From: Clostridia bacterium
Lineage (GTDB): Bacteria > Bacillota > Clostridia > HGM11514
Assembly (NCBI GenBank): GCA_045586685.1
Contig: JAZNAU010000023.1
Location: 1-24,966, forward strand
Length of the DNA stretch: 24,966 nucleotides
Direction of reading: 5' to 3'
The translations under genes were made by a program, and so were the position numbers. Positions 8,961-16,042 of the stretch are shown piece after piece; positions within the stretch are counted from its first letter, which is position 1, and each line of letters opens with the position of its first letter. A model generated the notes under the pieces. It was not told the origin of the DNA. It saw only the letters and a list, made by a program, of their open reading frames with translations, and ran no database searches.

Positions 8961-8998
8961 AAAAACCGCTATGCAGTTTTTAAGCTGCATATAAGCGG
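8961..8998 (-). terminator. Terminator after the ROK gene
   Basis: Minus strand CCGCT-tat-ATGCAG-loop-CTGCAT-AGCGG-TTTTT. Confidence 0.6.
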
Positions 8999-9012
8999 CA
9001 TTTTAACTTAGT

Positions 9013-10134
9013 TTATTTTCCAAACATCATATCAAATGCGTACCTTACTCCACCCATAGTCACAGGATTTCCCGTAAAATCAGAAAACACAATTCTTGTA
9101 TCTTTTATCAATGCAATCTGAGCAAAAAAATCTTTTATTTGTCCAAGAAACCTCTCCCCAAGCAACGGAGCAGACCCACCGATTACAAGCAATTCCGGAT
9201 TAAGAAGGTTCACAATATTGTTTATACCAAAAGCGAGTGCTCTGGAAACATCGCTTAGTTCGCAAACAATCTTTTCATCATTTTGGTCAAACTTTTCTCT
9301 CAGCTCTTGAAGAGAATTGGTCTGCGTATTTTCCAAAATACGAGGCATACTTGCATACAATTCAAGACATCCGTAGTTTCCACAACTGCACTGCTCACCG
9401 TCTAAATCAACGCTAATATGTCCGAACTCCCCTGCAAAACCGCTTCCATCATAAATGACACCATCAATCAACACGCCCGCACCAACACCTTCATCTATAT
9501 CAATAGATACTAAGTTGTTTATTTTATCATGCCCGCCAAACTCTCTTTCGCACAATGCAACAAGTCCCGAGTTGTTTTTGATGTAAATATCAACATCCTT
9601 CATTTCTTCTTTCAATATGAGATATAAATCCTTTACGTCACATATTTCCAAAACTGTAGAAGAAATAATCACATTTGTATTCTGGTTAATTACACCAGGT
9701 AACCCAATGGTAATTCCTAGAATCCTCTTTTCTGCGCCAAGAAAATGAATAGCACGTAGGATACTTAAGCCCAGAGGTTCTCCTTTTTTTATGGAAACAT
9801 CAATAGATTCTTTTACAGAAAAATCCAGTCCACAAAGCTCTGCAAATATATGGTTCTTTCGCACATCAACGCCTATAAAATATCCTCCATCAGAATTAAC
9901 CGTAAGCATAATTGCTTTTCTGCCGCTTTTGTTGGTTTCTTTTACACCACACTCAATCACAAATTTCTCATCAATCAGATCTTCAACAAGCGAGGATACT
10001 GTGGTTGCACTAAGAGAGGTTATTTTCTTTATGTCAGCACGAGAGATGACATTATACTTATGAATCAGTCCAAAAACCATCCTCATATTAGATTTCTTAA
10101 CAAACCGCTGTGATGATTTACTGATTTCTAGCAT
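9013..10134 (-). CDS. ROK family transcriptional regulator (XylR/NagC-like)
   Basis: N-terminal wHTH ISRADIKKITSLSATTVSSLVEDL, SGRKA, GFAGEFGHIS and CSCGNYGCLE zinc motif; start moved to ATG 10134 (GGAGG 5 nt upstream); the track's TTG at 10203 is the -35 box. Confidence 0.92.
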   Translation of the reverse strand: MLEISKSSQRFVKKSNMRMVFGLIHKYNVISRADIKKITSLSATTVSSLVEDLIDEKFVIECGVKETNKSGRKAIMLTVNSDGGYFIGVDVRKNHIFAELCGLDFSVKESIDVSIKKGEPLGLSILRAIHFLGAEKRILGITIGLPGVINQNTNVIISSTVLEICDVKDLYLILKEEMKDVDIYIKNNSGLVALCEREFGGHDKINNLVSIDIDEGVGAGVLIDGVIYDGSGFAGEFGHISVDLDGEQCSCGNYGCLELYASMPRILENTQTNSLQELREKFDQNDEKIVCELSDVSRALAFGINNIVNLLNPELLVIGGSAPLLGERFLGQIKDFFAQIALIKDTRIVFSDFTGNPVTMGGVRYAFDMMFGK

Positions 10135-10148
10135 AATATCCTCCATTT

Positions 10149-10203
10149 GATTCGTCCATCCAACATGCAAATCAAATTTATCATACATTTTACTATTTGT
10201 CAA
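10149..10203 (-). promoter_or_regulatory. ROK gene promoter with degenerate (half-site) operator
   Basis: TTGACA (10203-10198), 17 nt, TGa-TAAATT (10180-10175), then ATTTGcatg-ttgga-TGGACgAAT. Confidence 0.65.
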
Positions 10204-10237
10204 TATATTTATCGAATTTAATAAGTTGGAAAAACAA

Positions 10238-11548
10238 TTATTGCTTCATAGATATTAGTTTTTCTGCCATTATATAGCCTGCTTCTTTGTCAAGATGACA
10301 TGAACCAGGAAGTGATTCGTAAATAGTATCATAGAACAGATCCCGTGTAGGAACATATCCAAAAGCCTCATTACAAAGGCTTGCAACAAGATTACTCCCT
10401 GTTCCGTCGCCTTTTTTAACGATTTTACCAAACTCCGTAAATACTTCTGAGTTAAAACCGTAAATAGTAAATTCTCCTATTTGAATACACTGAACCGGCG
10501 CCTGAATAGTTTCTGGCGTTGAATCCAGGAAATTAACCAGAAGCTTTGACAGTGCCAATTTATACTGATCAGGATCAGTATTATCAGCAGAAATTTTAAC
10601 TCCTTTTTTCTGTTTTATTGTCGCTATTGCATTTCTTGCATCATCTACTATTTCTTTTTCAACTGCTATACGGGGGATTGGTATGTATTCAAGCTGTGAG
10701 CGAATTTCTGTTTTTTTCAATTCCGAGGCAATTTCTGCTGTGGCTATAACTTCTTGTGCTATTTTCTTTCCCATTTGAACATAATGATCCGAAGCATCCT
10801 CTTTTTTGGATACATCAAAATGGTTTACATCACCACAGCACCCTAAAAGAAATACAGTTACAAAATCTTCTCCATATTTTTTCTTTAATTCCTTTGCCAA
10901 TACGGACACATAATCTCCTGAAAGCTTCTCACCGCTAACACAATCAAGATGACAGGCAAAACTTATAATTGCACCTATTGGGGTATTCGTCTCGCCCTTT
11001 ATCATAAGAACAGGAAGCTCCGTGTCAGGCTCAGTAACCGATTTTATTATTTCAGCACTTCCTCTTGGCGGATTTGTCTGAGGTGTTCCGTTTTTCATAT
11101 AATAGTCCCTGCAAAATGAAATTCCATTCACCTCTCCAATACCAAGGTAAGGAGATGCTTTTTGTAATCTTAAATTTGCCAGTGTAACACAATCTGCTGC
11201 CAATCTTATGAATACATCCCTGTAGCCTTTTGTAGAGTTTTCATCTTCAAAATCCATTCCTCCAAATTGGATTGGTAGTGCAGTGTGTGAGTGAGTTGCT
11301 GCAATCATTATATTTTCACGCGGAATTCCCGTATATTCTGTTATTCTTTCAGCTATATCATTGGATGCCACAGGATAAAGTGCATCCATGGAAAGAATGG
11401 CAATTTTTTCTTCTCCTGATTTTATCACAACAGCTCTCACATAAAGTTTATCTAACACATCACAACCTCTTCGTGCATTAAAATATCCAGGAATCCCGGA
11501 ACCTAATGGCGGTGTAATTTCCTTTTCATAAAAACCAAATTCAAACAC
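10238..11548 (-). CDS. Neutral/alkaline ceramidase-fold metallo-amidohydrolase-like protein
   Basis: EITPP.G..IPGY..R, D.LYVRAVV, IAATHSHT, FACH, GCCGDVNH, EVF, GYVPT...YE pattern; GTG start with AGGAGG; no signal peptide. Confidence 0.7.
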   Translation of the reverse strand: MFEFGFYEKEITPPLGSGIPGYFNARRGCDVLDKLYVRAVVIKSGEEKIAILSMDALYPVASNDIAERITEYTGIPRENIMIAATHSHTALPIQFGGMDFEDENSTKGYRDVFIRLAADCVTLANLRLQKASPYLGIGEVNGISFCRDYYMKNGTPQTNPPRGSAEIIKSVTEPDTELPVLMIKGETNTPIGAIISFACHLDCVSGEKLSGDYVSVLAKELKKKYGEDFVTVFLLGCCGDVNHFDVSKKEDASDHYVQMGKKIAQEVIATAEIASELKKTEIRSQLEYIPIPRIAVEKEIVDDARNAIATIKQKKGVKISADNTDPDQYKLALSKLLVNFLDSTPETIQAPVQCIQIGEFTIYGFNSEVFTEFGKIVKKGDGTGSNLVASLCNEAFGYVPTRDLFYDTIYESLPGSCHLDKEAGYIMAEKLISMKQ

Positions 11549-11567
11549 AGTATAACATCCTCCTTTT

Positions 11568-11622
11568 AATTAGTCCACCGAGTGGACAAATTAAGCTTAT
11601 CATATATTTTATCATTTGTCAA
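11568..11622 (-). promoter_or_regulatory. sigmaA-type promoter plus full palindromic operator over the transcription start region
   Basis: TTGACA (11622-11617), 17 nt, TGa-TAAGCT (11599-11594); operator AATTA-GTCCA-ccgag-TGGAC-AAATT (11568-11592) between the -10 box and the RBS. Confidence 0.75.
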
Positions 11623-11865
11623 CACTTTTTTGTCTAAAAAAACAAAAGTGTATCTTAGCTCTCCTAAAACACTAATTAAAAACAAAATTTACTCCATTTT
11701 ATCGTTGTCTTAGTGTGGAAAGTGTATAGCAATTTCTTTTTTTAAAAAAGGTTTATTTAGCAATAGCAATACATCTTAAACGAAATGGGTATGAGAGATT
11801 CTACCCGTTTGCAACATCAATTCAATTTCGCCAAATTCAGGCTCATTTCATTGTGTTGCCGCACA

Positions 11866-11950
11866 GCCCTCCGCCTTCACTTCTCCTGCCACCGGCAGCG
11901 TTCAGGCTAGGGCACCCTCTTGCCGGTTCCCGGCGCTCGAGTTCAAAACT
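11866..11950. repeat. GC-rich multi-hairpin element containing an inverted partial copy of the adjacent tRNA-Ser arm
   Basis: Stems GCCCT/AGGGC, CTGCC-acc-GGCAG and GCCGG-ttc-CCGGC; 11930-11950 is a 17/21 inverted match to 12003-12023. Confidence 0.45.
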
Positions 11951-11955
11951 ATAAC

Positions 11956-11980
11956 AAAAAACAAGCATCAACGATGCTTG
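11956..11980 (-). terminator. Terminator of the tRNA-Ser pair
   Basis: CAAGCATC-aac-GATGCTTG stem with a U run on the minus strand. Confidence 0.8.
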
Positions 11981-11988
11981 CTTTTTGG

Positions 11989-12080
11989 TGGCGGAGAAGG
12001 AGAGATTCGAACTCTCGCGCCGGTTGCCCGACCTACACCCTTAGCAGGGGCGCCTCTTCGACCTACTTGAGTACTTCTCC
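11989..12080 (-). tRNA. tRNA-Ser(GCT)
   Basis: GGAGAAG acceptor stem, anticodon loop CT-GCT-AA, long variable arm, GTTCGAATC, discriminator G plus CCA. Confidence 0.97.
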
Positions 12081-12109
12081 ATAGCCCTACGATATAAAAA
12101 TATAAACAA

Positions 12110-12196
12110 TGGCGGAGAGGGTGAGATTCGAACTCACGGCTCTTGCGAGTCACTGGTTTTCAAGACCAGCTCCTTAAACCACTCGGACACCTCTCC
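12110..12196 (-). tRNA. tRNA-Ser(TGA)
   Basis: GGAGAGG acceptor stem, CTGGT-CT-TGA-AA-ACCAG, variable arm, GTTCGAATC, GCCA end. Confidence 0.97.
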
Positions 12197-12213
12197 ACGC
12201 CGAGTCCTTATCT

Positions 12214-12242
12214 AGTATACCATATTACTTCAAATCTGTCAA
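12214..12242 (-). promoter_or_regulatory. sigmaA-type promoter of the tRNA-Ser pair
   Basis: TTGACA (12242-12237), 17 nt, TGg-TATACT (12219-12214). Confidence 0.85.
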
Positions 12243-12292
12243 TAGTTTTTTTGATTTTTTGTCCAATTTATATTACAACAATATTTTAATTT

Positions 12293-12396
12293 GAGTGATA
12301 TTATATTTGCCATTAAACTGCGTCAAGCACAATACCACTCGGCAAATGCCGAATATAACTGCGTAACAATATAACTTGCCGCAGGCAAATATAATT
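12293..12396. repeat. Array of AATATAACT-like 9-mers separated by short GC-rich spacers, two of them hairpins (REP-like)
   Basis: AATACCACT-CGGCaaatGCCG-AATATAACT-GCGTAAC-AATATAACT-TGCCgcaGGCA-AATATAATT, plus an inverted unit GAGTGATATT at 12293-12302. Confidence 0.65.
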
Positions 12397-12429
12397 AAAC
12401 AAGCGACTTGTGGAAACAAGTCGCTTGTT
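12397..12429 (-). terminator. Terminator after tRNA-Arg
   Basis: AACAAGCGACTTGT-ggaa-ACAAGTCGCTTGTT perfect stem. Confidence 0.8.
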
Positions 12430-12430
12430 C

Positions 12431-12505
12431 TGGCACCCTCTACGTGAATCGAACACGTGACTAACCCTTAGGAGGGGTTCGTTATATCCACTTAACTAAG
12501 AGGGC
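12431..12505 (-). tRNA. tRNA-Arg(CCT)
   Basis: GCCCTCT acceptor stem, AACCC-CT-CCT-AA-GGGTT, GTTCGATTC, GCCA end; 75 nt. Confidence 0.95.
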
Positions 12506-12520
12506 AACTTTTATATATTA

Positions 12521-13354
12521 TTAGAATGCTAACTCTTTTTCCAACTGCTGTGCCAACACATCAGAAGGCATAATGCCCGTCCACAATTCAAAGGCATAAA
12601 AAGCTTGATATATTAACATTCCAAGACCATTTACCGTAACACATCCCTTTTCTTCTGCTGCCTGTAACAGCTTGGTTTTACCGGGATTATAAATAATATC
12701 CACAACTGCGGTTCTATTTTTCAGTTTCTCGGTATTGGTTAAGGGAGTCACATCCGGATAGGGGTGCATTCCAAGAGAAGTGGTGTTAATTAACACATCA
12801 CATTGCTCCAGATAGGCATCAGCATTTTCCAATGTATCTGCTTCTGCCTTACAACCGGCCATACGTTTTACCCGTTCTGCAACATCCAAGGCACGATCCA
12901 GAGAGCGGTTTAGTATCATTACTTTTTCTGCCCCTTCTATGCCAATTTTTTGTGCCAACGCACCGCCTGCTCCTCCCGCACCCAGCACAACAACATTTTT
13001 CCCGTCTACTGAAATTCCTTTTTTATCAAGCAACTTCATAAATCCAAGACCGTCCGTGTTATAACCGACTGCCTTTCCATCCTTCAACATAACTGTATTA
13101 ACAGCATTAAACAAGGCTCCGTCATCCTTTATTTCGTCAAGATATAGCATAATCTCTTTTTTATACGGAATGGTAACATTAAATCCGCAAAAGCAATCCC
13201 GAAACTCTTTCATCTTTACCGGAATTTCCTCAGGCAAAAGGTCAAAATGAAAATAATCCGCCTCCATGTTGTAGTATTCATACAACCGACGGTGAATTTT
13301 ACCGGAGATGCTATGTCCTAAAGGATGTCCTATCAATCCGTATAAGGTTTTCAT
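12521..13354 (-). CDS. aroE: Shikimate dehydrogenase
   Basis: GHPLGHSIS, GFNVTIPYK, AVNT, GYNTDG, GAGGAG, DIIYNP, GLGMLIYQA. Confidence 0.95.
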   Translation of the reverse strand: MKTLYGLIGHPLGHSISGKIHRRLYEYYNMEADYFHFDLLPEEIPVKMKEFRDCFCGFNVTIPYKKEIMLYLDEIKDDGALFNAVNTVMLKDGKAVGYNTDGLGFMKLLDKKGISVDGKNVVVLGAGGAGGALAQKIGIEGAEKVMILNRSLDRALDVAERVKRMAGCKAEADTLENADAYLEQCDVLINTTSLGMHPYPDVTPLTNTEKLKNRTAVVDIIYNPGKTKLLQAAEEKGCVTVNGLGMLIYQAFYAFELWTGIMPSDVLAQQLEKELAF

Positions 13355-13845
13355 TGACTTTCCCCACCTTCAAAATGACGCAATATAATCCGCTCCAATT
13401 TTCGTTTGAAACGAAAAAATCTTGTTTTTCTGTCTTCAAGAGGAACCACCATTACTGTCAGCAGATTCAAACGATTCCCTGCCAAAACATCTGTAAAAAT
13501 CTGGTCTCCCACCATAGCAACCTGATGAGGTTCATAACCCATCAGTTTTACCGCACGTTTTAATACCTTTACTCTCGGCTTTTGTGCATTAGGAAATATT
13601 GAAATTTGCATATCTTTGTTAAAATCTGCAACACGATCTCTGGGACTGTTTGATACCAGTGCCATGGAAATGCCTGCTTCTTTCAAGAGCTTAATATGAT
13701 CAAGAACATCCTCAGCCGGACCATCCATATGACGTGGTGCCAGAGTTTCGTCCAAATCAAAAACAATTCCTTTTATGCCGTACTGGCTCAAAAATTCAGG
13801 TGTTAATTCTTTTACACTATCCAACAATAAATCCGGATACAGCAT
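13351..13845 (-). CDS. yqeG: YqeG family HAD IIIA-type phosphatase
   Basis: DLDETL, VSN, AQKP, VGDQIFTDVLAGNR; ATG 13845 after AAAGGA; ATGA overlap with aroE. Confidence 0.9.
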   Translation of the reverse strand: MLYPDLLLDSVKELTPEFLSQYGIKGIVFDLDETLAPRHMDGPAEDVLDHIKLLKEAGISMALVSNSPRDRVADFNKDMQISIFPNAQKPRVKVLKRAVKLMGYEPHQVAMVGDQIFTDVLAGNRLNLLTVMVVPLEDRKTRFFRFKRKLERIILRHFEGGESQ

Positions 13846-13899
13846 GAAACCTATCCTTTCTGAATAACATATAATAAAAACAAATTCGAGGTGTCTGTC

Positions 13900-14376
13900 A
13901 TGCAATATTTTTTTTATACAAATTTAAAGTTACCCCGCAATTTACCGATTACACTTCGTCCTCTAAACAAATTAAAAAAGGAAACGGAGCTATTTCCCGT
14001 TCCGGAAACAGATTGTTTTCCTGTATTGCCTGAAAATCTGTTGCTCCCTTTTTGTAATAAAACAGTACGTCGCCCATGCTTTTTGGTTCAGAGTGCAGAT
14101 TATCCTCTATGGAACCGACCTCCTGTCTTTTTAAGTGAGCAGGACGCCCTGTTTCTTGCCCAAAAAAATGATGCAAAACTGTTCCACGACCCTGTTTCCA
14201 ATTCCTCCTATTTTTGTTATCAATCGGAAACTCAGCACATGGTATGGGTAGAAGACGGCTTTCATCTACTTAAAAAAATGCAGTTGTTACAGAAAAACGG
14301 GATTGATGAAGTGGCGTTTCCCGTTTATCAACACAATGTTCAGACATTGCTCAACCTGTTGCAATGTTTAAAATAA
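13900..14376 (+). CDS. Hypothetical protein resembling only the C-terminal part of spore GH18 (YaaH/YdhD-like) hydrolases
   Basis: A..LAQKNDAKLFHDPVSNSSYFCY...QHMVWVED...KKMQL...GI..V; no DxxDxDxE motif and no LysM; GAGGTG 6 nt before ATG 13900. Confidence 0.55.
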   Translation: MQYFFYTNLKLPRNLPITLRPLNKLKKETELFPVPETDCFPVLPENLLLPFCNKTVRRPCFLVQSADYPLWNRPPVFLSEQDALFLAQKNDAKLFHDPVSNSSYFCYQSETQHMVWVEDGFHLLKKMQLLQKNGIDEVAFPVYQHNVQTLLNLLQCLK

Positions 14377-15084
14377 CGATGACAAGCGGTTTTCCAAAAG
14401 ATAAGTTGCATTTTCTTCCATAGAGTGAAGCATCCCTAAGCCATATTTCTTTTGAATCTTTTTACCTGCCGCATCCATTCTGCTTTGTCGATTCGTCAGG
14501 TTATGCATATCAGAACCTAACACCATGGGTCTGTTCAAATCGATAATTTTTTTCAGATTACGATTCATACCCCAACTCAAAAAGGCATCTGCATTTAACT
14601 GAAGCACTACCTCCATAGAAAGCAGTGGTTTCATCCGCTCAAATTGTTTAAGCATTGTCTGATAGCGATCCACATGTGCAATCACAGGAAACAATTTTCT
14701 TTTTGCAATAATATGATAAACTGTCTCATTCATCCAAGGTTGCCACCGACCGAAGGGCATTTCCAGCAAAATAACATCCGTTCCCTCCAAACAAAGCTTT
14801 TCCAAATCCTTCATGGTTTCTAACTCACCGTTCATATATATCTCGCAACCCAGATGAATTTTTGGAAGTTCTTCCTCCCCTATTGCATTCATAAGAGTTT
14901 CATAGGATTCTTGACGTTTTTCCAAAAAGGATTCCACGGTTATTTCACCAAAATAAAAATGGGGCGTTGCTACAACTTTAGAAACGCCCTGTTTTTTTGA
15001 TTTACGCAACATTTCCAATGATATTTCCACACTGTCAGCTCCGTCATCTATGTCAGGTAAAACATGACTATGAAAATCAATCAT
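14368..15084 (-). CDS. CpsB/CapC/YwqE PHP-family tyrosine-protein phosphatase
   Basis: MIDFHSHVLPDIDDG, ATPH, LLEMP, IAHVDRY, GSDMHN. Confidence 0.92.
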   Translation of the reverse strand: MIDFHSHVLPDIDDGADSVEISLEMLRKSKKQGVSKVVATPHFYFGEITVESFLEKRQESYETLMNAIGEEELPKIHLGCEIYMNGELETMKDLEKLCLEGTDVILLEMPFGRWQPWMNETVYHIIAKRKLFPVIAHVDRYQTMLKQFERMKPLLSMEVVLQLNADAFLSWGMNRNLKKIIDLNRPMVLGSDMHNLTNRQSRMDAAGKKIQKKYGLGMLHSMEENATYLLENRLSSLF

Positions 15085-15112
15085 TGAAATTCACCTCTTA
15101 TTTTTTAACTTT

Positions 15113-16024
15113 TTATCCCTTGTTTTTTGTATTATTTTGTTTGATATCGCTGTATTCTTTATCTCTGTAACGAAAAGTACTGTAATTATAATAATTGTAA
15201 TACCGATAATTATAATATTTTCCGTAACCATAACGTCTGCGATATCTATATTTGTAACGATATTGCGAATTTTGCTCCTCTGCATCGTTAAACATAAAGC
15301 CCACAATATTTGCTTCGGCAAAGGTCAATGATGCAAATGCTTTTTTCAATGCTTCATGGGCAGTATATTTCTGACGTGCAACCAACATAACAGCATCCAC
15401 AAGTTTGCTGACAATAATACCATCTGTTACTACATTGATAGGAGGAGTGTCAATAAAGATGAAATCGTATTTTTCAGACAGTTTTTCCAAGCCTTCCTTT
15501 AACAAAGGTGAAGACAATAATTCTGCAGGATTCGGCGGAACTGAACCTGATGTAATACAATCTAATCCCCATTGTTTTGATGTTGCAATACAGCTTTCTA
15601 AGTCACAAAAACCACCCAGATAGTTTGCAAGGCCATTTTTATTATCCAAATTTGCATATTTATGAATTCTGGGTTTACGAAGGTCTGCATCAATAACCAA
15701 AACCTTTGCATTTGTCATGGCAAATGCAATTGCCAGATTCAGAGTGGTAGTTGTTTTCCCTTCCCCGGGAATCGCGCTGGTCACAACAATCGTATTACAA
15801 CCCTCTTTTTTATTCAAGGAAAAAAGAATATTGGTTCTTGCCGTTTTATAAGCTTCCGTAATCCGATAACTGGATTGATCTGTAATTAGTTTTGTAGCAG
15901 GGTCCTGTTGCGTCTGCTGATTATTCATTTTTGGTTTTTTCAGCAAAATAGGAAGCTTTTTAAATTTAAACTCAAAAGATTTTTTTTCATTGTTTTTTAC
16001 TTCTGTCTTGTTTTCCTTTTTCAT
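15113..16024 (-). CDS. CpsD/CapB/PtkA bacterial tyrosine (BY) kinase
   Basis: EAYKTARTNI, Walker A PGEGKTT, A' IDADLRKP, PPNPAELL, Walker B FIDTPP, C-terminal Tyr cluster; AGGAGG RBS. Confidence 0.93.
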   Translation of the reverse strand: MKKENKTEVKNNEKKSFEFKFKKLPILLKKPKMNNQQTQQDPATKLITDQSSYRITEAYKTARTNILFSLNKKEGCNTIVVTSAIPGEGKTTTTLNLAIAFAMTNAKVLVIDADLRKPRIHKYANLDNKNGLANYLGGFCDLESCIATSKQWGLDCITSGSVPPNPAELLSSPLLKEGLEKLSEKYDFIFIDTPPINVVTDGIIVSKLVDAVMLVARQKYTAHEALKKAFASLTFAEANIVGFMFNDAEEQNSQYRYKYRYRRRYGYGKYYNYRYYNYYNYSTFRYRDKEYSDIKQNNTKNKG

Positions 16025-16042
16025 TTGTCTCCTCCTTTCTGA

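Noticed and set aside
11986-11991. CCACCA at the end of tRNA-Ser(GCT)
   Set aside because: A genomically encoded trailer that would be trimmed; CCACCA decay tagging is post-transcriptional.
11968-12153. 61-aa ORF
   Set aside because: Lies over two tRNA genes.
12331-12396. Possible CRISPR array
   Set aside because: 9-nt repeats and 7-12 nt spacers are far below CRISPR dimensions; no cas genes.
15091-15331. Ile-rich hydrophobic ORFs on both strands
   Set aside because: Alternative-frame readings of the TAT/TAC-rich tyrosine cluster of the kinase.
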